From the NCBI GenBank assembly GCA_043753995.1, contig JAYUVP010000055.1, positions 1-17,124 of the forward strand: a stretch of 17,124 nucleotides of DNA. The letters are read 5' to 3'. The translations under genes were made by a program, and so were the position numbers. Below the pieces are notes generated by a model that was not told where the DNA came from, made no database searches, and saw nothing but the letters and a program-made list of their open reading frames with translations. The DNA is from Fibrobacterota bacterium (GTDB taxonomy: Bacteria > Fibrobacterota > Fibrobacteria > UBA11236). Below, piece by piece: positions 7,786 to 15,057 of the stretch (position 1 is its first letter; every line of letters begins with the position of its first letter).

Positions 7786-9017
7786 TGACCCTTCTCTTTT
7801 GGATAGCGGCTGGCCTGCTGGTCCATACCTATTTGCTGTATCCGGCCTCTTTGCCGCTTTTGAGCCTGTTTTTCCGAGTGAAAAGCAAGACGGGCAATCC
7901 GAATCGGCATAAGGTTTCGATTTTGATTGCCGCCTACAATGAAGAGAAGGTCATCGAAGAGAAAATCCGCAATTGCTTCGAGCTCGAAATTCCCCGCAAG
8001 AACATGGAAATCCTGGTGGGCTCGGACGGAAGCACCGATCGCACCGAGGCCATTGTCGCTAAATATGCCCCCGATGTGAAGCTTTTCGCCTTTAAGCAAC
8101 GCGGCGGCAAGGCCAGTGTTTTGAATCAGTTGGTGGCGCGCGCCCAAGGCGATATCCTGGTTTTCTGCGATGCCAATACCATGCTTTTGAAAAATGCCCT
8201 GCAAAAGCTGCTGGCGCATTTCGACAATCCCGATGTGGGTTGCGTTTGCGGACGCTTGGTTTTGCAAGACTCGGGCACTTCGGCCCTCGGCATTGGCGAA
8301 AGCATTTACTGGAATCTCGAATCAGAATTGAAAAAGGCCGAAGGGCGCATGGGCATAGTCATCGGTGCGAATGGCGCCATCTATGCAATTCGCAAAGAGC
8401 TTTATGGCCGCATTCCCACCGGCCGCAAGGTGATGGATGACTTCTATGTCACCACCCGGGTTTTGGCTAAGGGAAAAAAGGCCATTTACGAACCACAAGC
8501 CATTGGTAGCGAAGAGACTTCGGCAGAGGCTTATGGCGAATTCTTCCGCAAGGTGCGCATCAGCCAAGCGAACTTCAATTTACTGGCCCGCTATTTACCC
8601 CTGCTGAATCCCTTGCGCGGCCTGGTGGCCTATGGCTTTTTCTCGCATAAGTTTTTGCGCTGGATGGCTCCGGTTTTGATGGTTGCCCTTTTCGTGAGCA
8701 ATGCCTTTTTGCTGGCGGACGGCCCTATTTATTATGGCAGCTTTGTCGCCCAGGTGGGTTTGTATTTCTTGGCCGGCCTCGGCTATGCCCGCAATGGCAA
8801 GACGCGCCGCTCGAAATTCCTGCTCATTCCGTTTTATTTCGTGAGCATGAATGTGGCTTTGGCCATGGGCATGATTAAGGCTCTCTTTCAGAAAGACCAG
8901 GGCAGCTGGGAGCGCGTCGAACGCTCGACTCTGATTCTTGGCACTCAAACGGCGGCAGTCCAAAGCGTGCCTACCCCGCCTGCGCCGCGTCTGCAAGTCA
9001 AGGAATTAAGCTCGTAA
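7785..9017 (+). CDS. Family 2 glycosyltransferase (cellulose-synthase/PgaC-like membrane GT2)
   Basis: VSILIAAYNEE, DGSTD, GKA, FCDAN (DxD-like), ANGAIYAIR, MDDF and RKVRI (QxxRW position), with N- and C-terminal TM helices. Start overlaps the previous stop (TAATG). Confidence 0.92.
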   Translation: MTLLFWIAAGLLVHTYLLYPASLPLLSLFFRVKSKTGNPNRHKVSILIAAYNEEKVIEEKIRNCFELEIPRKNMEILVGSDGSTDRTEAIVAKYAPDVKLFAFKQRGGKASVLNQLVARAQGDILVFCDANTMLLKNALQKLLAHFDNPDVGCVCGRLVLQDSGTSALGIGESIYWNLESELKKAEGRMGIVIGANGAIYAIRKELYGRIPTGRKVMDDFYVTTRVLAKGKKAIYEPQAIGSEETSAEAYGEFFRKVRISQANFNLLARYLPLLNPLRGLVAYGFFSHKFLRWMAPVLMVALFVSNAFLLADGPIYYGSFVAQVGLYFLAGLGYARNGKTRRSKFLLIPFYFVSMNVALAMGMIKALFQKDQGSWERVERSTLILGTQTAAVQSVPTPPAPRLQVKELSS

Positions 9018-9159
9018 CCTTTTGTCTCAAGCCGGCCGTCGCCCCGGGGTGGAGTCTGCCCTTGGTCTATGGCCAGGGGTGCTATTTTCTAGGCATGACC
9101 TTTCGAGACATCGCTTTGCCCTCGTCTGATTTTTCTGTCACGCCGTTCTCCGTTCTTAA

Positions 9160-9229
9160 TAGAGCCGGTCTCAATACTCCTGTTCTCGCTCGGGCTTGGT
9201 GCGACAAATGAGTTTTGAGACCGGCTTTA
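9160..9229. mobile_element. Minimal inverted-repeat element (IS-end/MITE-like footprint)
   Basis: AGCCGGTCTCAA 9163-9174 pairs perfectly with TTGAGACCGGCT 9215-9226, extended by ACTC/GAGT after one mismatch. About 30 nt interior, no transposase. Confidence 0.45.
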
Positions 9230-9246
9230 GCCGGATTTCTACGGGA

Positions 9247-9696
9247 ATGCGAATCCTTGCCCTGGCGCTTCTCTTAAGTAGCGCCGCATTGCCGACCCAA
9301 GCCGGGATTGGAATCACGGCGACGCTTGGCGAGCAAACGCATTTGGGCTTTAAGGCGCCTCGCTTCGGCTATTCCGTGGGGCTTTATTCCAAGATCGACG
9401 ATCAAAGCTGGGTCGGGGTGCAAAGCGGCCAGGGTGTGGTCGGCGAAGCTTCGGCGATACCGGTTTTAGGTGTGGCCTATATTCGCCTTCCCCTGGGGCG
9501 GGTGGTCATGCCCGTGGCGACCGGGGGCATGGGCTATGCCTTCGGAGAAAAACGCCATGGCTTTTTGTGGCGGGCTGGGGGGCTATTCGATATTCGTAAT
9601 GGCAAACACTCCAGCGTTTTACTGGGCGTCGAATACGAAGGCCTCGAAGGTCACGGGGGCCTGGCGGGGCGAGCAGGGCTGTTGCTGGAGTATTAA
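9247..9696 (+). CDS. Hypothetical secreted protein, probable small outer-membrane beta-barrel
   Basis: Signal peptide MRILALALLLSSAALPTQA; Gly/aromatic-rich alternating strands (GYSVGLYS, GGMGYAF, GVEYE); C-terminal aromatic residue (AGLLLEY). Alternative starts at 9196 and 9208. Confidence 0.6.
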   Translation: MRILALALLLSSAALPTQAGIGITATLGEQTHLGFKAPRFGYSVGLYSKIDDQSWVGVQSGQGVVGEASAIPVLGVAYIRLPLGRVVMPVATGGMGYAFGEKRHGFLWRAGGLFDIRNGKHSSVLLGVEYEGLEGHGGLAGRAGLLLEY

Positions 9697-9742
9697 GGGC
9701 GACGTCCTAGGCCCTTTTGCGGTCGCTCGGCTTGGGTGACGC

Positions 9743-10369
9743 CTAGATTTCGGAAAGTCCGATCTCGGTGAGGCATTGATTAAAGTGCCGCTGTTGCGCC
9801 AAGTCATTTGCTGTGTCATCTTCGCAGCGGTTTCTATTGTCGGTGAAAAAAGGCTTAGCCCGGCTGCACGATTGATTGCCCACCTTGACTTGGGTCATGA
9901 TAGAATCGCCACGTAGCTGGCTTGTGATTTGGATGATTTGATTGTCGGCAATTCGCTTCACCTTGGCGGATTCGCAATTCATAGCGGTGATTTGATACCG
10001 GCTTTGAATCGAGTCTTCCTCTGCGGCACCGGCACCGGCACCGAAACTGAAGTAAGCATATTGGTTTGCAATACAGTAAGCCGTACCCGTGGCGGACTCG
10101 GTCACCTTTTCTTCGCTGATATCCAGATTCCATTTGCCATCTTGCAACCAGGTAAACGGGTCTGATTTTTCCACCCAATCTTTGCAGTCCTGTGGAGCAT
10201 CGGGAGATATTTTGCTTTCCTGATTTATCGGCGATTCCCAATGGCCGACTAGGCCCTTATTATTTCCAGTATAGCCATGAGCCATGCAGGCCAAAGGAAT
10301 CATCGCCAAGGCCGCAAGGGCAGAAAATGCAAGCGCACGAGCAAAGAAAGTGAAAAGCGATGGAGCCAT
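9743..10369 (-). CDS. Cys-rich lipoprotein paralog 4 (internally deleted)
   Basis: Lipobox PLA-C, then GYTG...LVGHW, DIS...TGTAYC, NC...KR..D, SC and NQC motifs shared with the three neighbours. Confidence 0.8.
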   Translation of the reverse strand: MAPSLFTFFARALAFSALAALAMIPLACMAHGYTGNNKGLVGHWESPINQESKISPDAPQDCKDWVEKSDPFTWLQDGKWNLDISEEKVTESATGTAYCIANQYAYFSFGAGAGAAEEDSIQSRYQITAMNCESAKVKRIADNQIIQITSQLRGDSIMTQVKVGNQSCSRAKPFFTDNRNRCEDDTANDLAQQRHFNQCLTEIGLSEI

Positions 10370-10444
10370 GAGAAAATCCCAGTGTTGTTGATGACGCGAC
10401 CTGCATTAGACGCAGGGCGGCCCCTCACCGTGGACAATTTGGTT

Positions 10445-11314
10445 TCACTGGCTCAGACTCAATAAACTCCGGCGCAAAGCCTCCGCTTCAGTCTCCACCA
10501 TTCCCATCGCATCAATGCAGCGATAAAACCGCTCCGCTTCGCTCCGCCCCGATGCGGTTGCGTCGCAGGGATTCGTTGAGGCATCGTTGCTCAGCGTTGT
10601 CGTTTGCGTGCAAGTTTTCCCCTGAAATTTTGCCGTGATGGTTAAGGTATCGTTTTGCAGGCGGCTTGTGAAATTCGCGACTTCCAGGTCGCGGGCTCGC
10701 CGCGCGGAGGCCGCGACGCAATTCTGGGCGATGAGTTCATAACCGACCAAGGACGAGTCGCTTTTGCCTGCACCTAAAAGCAAATACAGCATGATCTCGG
10801 CGGCGCAATAGGTGCCTGAGGTCGAGGACTGCGCGTTATCCGCAGAAATGTCGAGGGTATAAACCGGATCTTGTATGTCGGTATAGGCCGGCCGTGGTTC
10901 CGGCTCCGAACAAAAGGGGAGAGCCCCTGGCGCCAAGCGACGGGGCCATTCGCCTCGCGCTTCCCAATGTCCGACAATATCTCGCGCTTTGCCCGCATAG
11001 CCTCGGGCAAAGCAGCTATTACGTGCCCAAGTCCAAAGGGTGTCGGCTTCGAGGCGATAAAATGTGGTGTCGAGAAAAATTTGATTCACCGCGGGAGTAG
11101 CGCTGCAATCCCAGTGGTCATTCCAGGTTGTGAAAAACCCCTGTTCGCGATCGATAGATTGCAAGCCCTTGACGCTTTGCCACAGGGGCCTAGCGGGTCG
11201 CTTATCGGTATCGGTCATGCAGGCCACGGGAAGCATGGCCGAAGCTGCGGCAAAGGCAAATACAGGGAAGGCAAACTTGAGACAAGCAAGGAATGTATTT
11301 GGACGCCTGCCCAT
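10445..11314 (-). CDS. Cys-rich lipoprotein paralog 3
   Basis: ATG 11314 with GAGGAGG RBS; lipobox PVA-CMT; motifs IDR, WDC, LWTW..SC, DIVGHW, STSGTYC and GKTC; 8 Cys in the mature part. Confidence 0.85.
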   Translation of the reverse strand: MGRRPNTFLACLKFAFPVFAFAAASAMLPVACMTDTDKRPARPLWQSVKGLQSIDREQGFFTTWNDHWDCSATPAVNQIFLDTTFYRLEADTLWTWARNSCFARGYAGKARDIVGHWEARGEWPRRLAPGALPFCSEPEPRPAYTDIQDPVYTLDISADNAQSSTSGTYCAAEIMLYLLLGAGKSDSSLVGYELIAQNCVAASARRARDLEVANFTSRLQNDTLTITAKFQGKTCTQTTTLSNDASTNPCDATASGRSEAERFYRCIDAMGMVETEAEALRRSLLSLSQ

Positions 11315-11358
11315 TTTTGTCCTCCTCAACGAAATATCAAACCGACCTTACCCAGGGA

Positions 11359-12213
11359 TTAGAAAGCTTCGCGCTTGTCTAAAGTATCGTCCCATTCGTT
11401 CACGAAAAGGCCAGCCGCGCTTGCGCACTGATGGAATTTCTGCGCTGCGGCCCCATTGATAGAATCGGCTTTGCAGTGCTCAGCATTGGGGTTAAAATTA
11501 AGGATTTCAATTTGCGAGCACGTTTTCCCATTAAATTGGACGGTTATATTCGACGAACCTTCGGAGTATTGGCTGGTGAAGGTGGCGACTTTATTGTCGC
11601 TTCGGCGTGTTGCCGTTGCCACGTCGCAATTTTTCGAAGTGATTTTGAATTCACTCGCAGTATCGGCATCATAACCCAGCAGGCCAAACATTGAAAATTC
11701 AGCGCTGCAGAGAGTTCCAGAAGTTGTCGACATCATTTCTTTTTCAGTAACGGTGATGTCGGTGACCTGATCTTTCATGAAGGTGTAATGATATTGCTTG
11801 GGATCGATCGAACAAAAGGCTGGGGCATGCGGCGCGGGCTTGGTTAAAGTGGGCCCGCGGTTTTGCCAATGTCCCACAATATCGGTGCTAGTCCCGGAAT
11901 ACCCAATAGCTTCACAAACGCTGTCGCTCCAAATCCAGAGTTTCCCCTCGGTAATTTCGTAGTAGGTTTTTTCCGTGTCCGGGGTGCTTATGGGAGGATT
12001 GACTTCGCAATCCCACTCACGACTCTCAAAACGAATGATTTTGGCATTGCGGTCTATGGAAAGGACGGACATCCTACTCTCAATGACCGGCTTACTTTCC
12101 TTCTCGTCCTCGCCAGTCATGCAGGCGAGTGGAATCACCGCCAGGCTTGAGGCGATCAGCAGTTCAAGAATCCGCGCGGGAAAAGCGACAGAGGAAAAAT
12201 TGGGTTTTGCCAT
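11359..12213 (-). CDS. Cys-rich lipoprotein paralog 2
   Basis: Lipobox PLA-CMT; motifs IDR, WDC, GKLWIW..VC, DIVGHW, TTSGTLC, RRSDNKVATFTS and GKTC; 8 Cys in the mature part. Confidence 0.85.
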   Translation of the reverse strand: MAKPNFSSVAFPARILELLIASSLAVIPLACMTGEDEKESKPVIESRMSVLSIDRNAKIIRFESREWDCEVNPPISTPDTEKTYYEITEGKLWIWSDSVCEAIGYSGTSTDIVGHWQNRGPTLTKPAPHAPAFCSIDPKQYHYTFMKDQVTDITVTEKEMMSTTSGTLCSAEFSMFGLLGYDADTASEFKITSKNCDVATATRRSDNKVATFTSQYSEGSSNITVQFNGKTCSQIEILNFNPNAEHCKADSINGAAAQKFHQCASAAGLFVNEWDDTLDKREAF

Positions 12214-12326
12214 GATTTCGTCCAGGTTGATTTTAGGGATGCCCAGCTTCGACGCATTTCAAGGCTTTAAAGTGAATGCGCCGGCTCAAAATCCCCAGCA
12301 GCGATGTCTGCCTCAGGCCTCCGCGA

Positions 12327-13220
12327 TCATTTTTTGAGCACACCCAGGGCCAAACCATTGAGGCATAAATAATTTCGTGTGTATTCATTCTTGGCAGCCG
12401 TGTCCGTGACGCATTTATTTGCTTCGAGGTCGAGACCCAATCGCGACGTATATGAACAGGACTTGCCATCAAAGGTCACCGTGGTTGTCGCCATGCCCTT
12501 AGACGTGTGACTGGAAATGGTGGCGATCTTATTATCGCTTTTTCGCCTTGCCTTCGCGGTATCACAAGCTTTGGTAAGAATCTGGAAGCCATTAGTCGTA
12601 GATGTGTCGGCGCCCAACCCTAACAGGCTATATAGGGTGGCTTCTGCCCCGCAGAATATGCCATAGGTCGAAGCTTTCACGCTTTGATTGCTGATGTCGG
12701 TATGAGTGACATGGTTTTTAATCGTGGTATAAGGCAAATTTGTAATACTTGCCACACTTGCTGCATAAGTGCTACACCTTGGTGGGGCACTGGGCAAGAC
12801 CTTGGTTTCGCCAAGACCCGTACTCTGCCAAGAGCCCACGATATCAAGGTTGGTGCCGCGCGAGCCATTAGCGACACAAGCGCTATCGTTCCATAACCAA
12901 AGCTTGCCATCGGCAATTTCATATTTCGTGCTTTCCGTCACCCAGGTGCTTGTGGCGGGATTGGTTTCGCAATTCCACTTCATCACCTTTAAGCGGAGCA
13001 CCTTGTTTTCCCGGTCTATTTCCTGCAAGGCAACTTCGCTTTGTATCAAAGGCTCGCCCAAATCTTCCGCAACCGGGCTACCCCCTTCGGTCGTGCATGA
13101 AATAGGTAGGCCCACCATGGCCGCCGCGAGAAATACCACAGCCATGCCCGGGAGCATTCCGCCGGAATGCGGACCGCCTGGCTGCATTCCTCGTCGTTTA
13201 TCTGAAAAAATTGGCTTCAT
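12327..13220 (-). CDS. Cys-rich lipoprotein paralog 1
   Basis: ATG 13220 with GGAGG RBS; lipobox PIS-CTT; motifs IDR, WNC, GKLWLW..AC, DIVGSW, RRKSDNKIATISS and GKSC; 8 Cys in the mature part. Confidence 0.85.
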   Translation of the reverse strand: MKPIFSDKRRGMQPGGPHSGGMLPGMAVVFLAAAMVGLPISCTTEGGSPVAEDLGEPLIQSEVALQEIDRENKVLRLKVMKWNCETNPATSTWVTESTKYEIADGKLWLWNDSACVANGSRGTNLDIVGSWQSTGLGETKVLPSAPPRCSTYAASVASITNLPYTTIKNHVTHTDISNQSVKASTYGIFCGAEATLYSLLGLGADTSTTNGFQILTKACDTAKARRKSDNKIATISSHTSKGMATTTVTFDGKSCSYTSRLGLDLEANKCVTDTAAKNEYTRNYLCLNGLALGVLKK

Positions 13221-13297
13221 GCCTTCCTCCGCGTTTACAAAGCTTTGAAGTGACTGCCACGCTCTCATAGTTGACAACTTTATTTGCGCCGGAGCCC

Positions 13298-14701
13298 TCA
13301 AATCCCCAGTCGCAATTTGGCCCATTGCTCAGCCGAGGCGAGATCGGGCAATTGGCCATCGAGCTGCAATTCAAAGCTTTCCTGGATGAGCTGGCCCATA
13401 TCGGGGCCGGCCTTCATGCCCAGAGAAAGCAAGTAGCGGCCCGTGAGATAAGGCTTGGGCCGTGCGTGCAAAACATCGAGTTGGCGCGATTGTTCGAGCA
13501 GCCACTCGCCTGCGGGAAATTGGCGGGCAATCGCGTCGGGCGTGGTGCGTCCGAAATGATCCGCGCGGGCCACCCGCACCAGCTTTTCAATGTCGACGCG
13601 CAGGGCCAAGCGGCGAATCGCTCCGGGGCGGATTTCTTCGCGGGCCTTGTAAAGCAAGGCGGGGCGCAAATGTTCGCGCACAAAGGTCACCACCTGTTCG
13701 GTCAGCGCCAATTCGCGTGTAAGCCGGCCTAAAAAGGCGCGCGTGGGCGCTTCGCCGGAAACATCATGCCCGGGGCTGCGCCAGCGGCCATCTTCAAAGC
13801 GCGTCGTCATGGGCTTGCCGAAATCATGGCAGAGCGCGCCCAGCATCAGGGCGAGATTATCGCCCTCGTCACCTTCCGGTGACCGTAACTTGGCCGCTTC
13901 GTCGATGACCATATTATTGTGAATCCACACATCGCCTTCAGGATGCCAGTCGGGCTCTTGCTGTACCCCGATGAGCGCTCCCAGCTCGGGAAAGTGATGC
14001 AATAAATCGAGCTTGCGCAACCATTCCAGCCCAATCGAAGGCTTAGGCGATTTGAGCAGCAGCTTTTTGATTTCCCCGAAAATGCGCTCCATGGGCAATT
14101 CGGTGAGCGGCAAAATGCGGCAAAATTCCTGGGTTTCGGGCGCAATGTCGAAGTCAAAGCGGGCCGCGAATTGCACCGCGCGCAAAACCCGCAGGGGATC
14201 TTCCGCGAAAGCTGGCGACACATGGCGCAAAACCCTGGCCTCCAAATCGCGCAAGCCGCCATGGCAGTCCACCAAGGTCATATCCGGAACCTTGATCCCC
14301 ATGGCGTTCACCGTGAAATCGCGGCGCGCGCTGGCCTCCGCGAAAGTCAATTGCGAATCGGGCACCACCGCAAAGCCCTTGTGACCCGGGCCGGTTTTGC
14401 TTTCCGTGCGGGGAAAGGCGAAATCATAGGGCATGCCGCCCAAGGTCAAAGTCACCACGCCGAAAGCCTTGCCCACCAAATTGGGCTTGCCATGACGCTC
14501 CAGCAACTTGAAAAGCCGCTCCATCTCGATGCCATAGACCTCGCAATCGAAATCCTCCGTAGGCAGACCGAGCAAATGATTGCGCACCCAGCCGCCCACC
14601 AAATACATGGCCCCGCCGCTTTCATTGATAGAGCGGGCGATGGCGAGCAGGACGGGGGGTAATTTGGCTAGGGCCGCTTGGGGCGATGCCTCTGGACTCA
14701 C
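13298..14701 (-). CDS. cca: Class II tRNA nucleotidyltransferase (CCA-adding enzyme) with HD domain
   Basis: YLVGGWVR..LLG...DFD (motif A), RTESKTGPGHKGF loop, RRDFTVNAM, EDPLRVLR (EDxxR template), HPEGDVWIH, LCHDFGK, and C-terminal GMKAGPDMG. Confidence 0.93.
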   Translation of the reverse strand: MSPEASPQAALAKLPPVLLAIARSINESGGAMYLVGGWVRNHLLGLPTEDFDCEVYGIEMERLFKLLERHGKPNLVGKAFGVVTLTLGGMPYDFAFPRTESKTGPGHKGFAVVPDSQLTFAEASARRDFTVNAMGIKVPDMTLVDCHGGLRDLEARVLRHVSPAFAEDPLRVLRAVQFAARFDFDIAPETQEFCRILPLTELPMERIFGEIKKLLLKSPKPSIGLEWLRKLDLLHHFPELGALIGVQQEPDWHPEGDVWIHNNMVIDEAAKLRSPEGDEGDNLALMLGALCHDFGKPMTTRFEDGRWRSPGHDVSGEAPTRAFLGRLTRELALTEQVVTFVREHLRPALLYKAREEIRPGAIRRLALRVDIEKLVRVARADHFGRTTPDAIARQFPAGEWLLEQSRQLDVLHARPKPYLTGRYLLSLGMKAGPDMGQLIQESFELQLDGQLPDLASAEQWAKLRLGI

Positions 14702-15057
14702 AGGCTATCCTTCGGGGTAAAGCGCTGATTCAAGTTTTCCACCGTAGCCGAATCCTTGGTTTTCGCGCTTTCTAAACGTTTTTCGCATTCCACTAATTGC
14801 TCTTCCGACCAGCGCCGCTGGTCTTCGCTTTGATCACTCAGGCTCATATGCAAGCGCTCTTCCTGACATTCGACATGAATCGGGGCCGCCGCGCAACCCA
14901 GCAATCCTAAAACAGCCAAACCGGCCAAACCGGCCAAAAATCCCCAAGCCTTTCCCTGGAGATTCCCCCTTGCCGACCCCTGCGCGCCTAAACCACCCTT
15001 TGTTTGGCAAAGGCCTACCTTTGCATTTGAGCTGGCAGCGACGGGAACACAAGACAT
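14698..15057 (-). CDS. Small hypothetical lipoprotein, translationally coupled to cca; start uncertain (ATG 15057 or TTG 14937)
   Basis: FLAGLAGLAVLGLLG-C lipobox followed by a charged helical domain with two Cys. Its TGA overlaps the cca GTG start (GTGA). Confidence 0.55.
   Translation of the reverse strand: MSCVPVAASSNAKVGLCQTKGGLGAQGSARGNLQGKAWGFLAGLAGLAVLGLLGCAAAPIHVECQEERLHMSLSDQSEDQRRWSEEQLVECEKRLESAKTKDSATVENLNQRFTPKDSL

Noticed and set aside
9695..9718. AAGGGC-N10-GCCCTTTT as a terminator between the convergent genes
   Set aside because: Only a 4-bp GC core, a 10-nt loop and a short U-tract. Too weak to call.
10025..10042. (GGCACC)x3 and the 9-bp repeat at 14915-14938 as phase-variation tracts
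   Set aside because: Unit lengths are multiples of 3 and copy numbers are low. They only encode GAGAGA and LAGLAGLA.
9743..13220. Diversity-generating retroelement, shufflon or integron cassette array
   Set aside because: No reverse transcriptase, recombinase or integrase. No near-identical TR/VR pair and no attC-like GTTRRRY inverted repeats between the genes.
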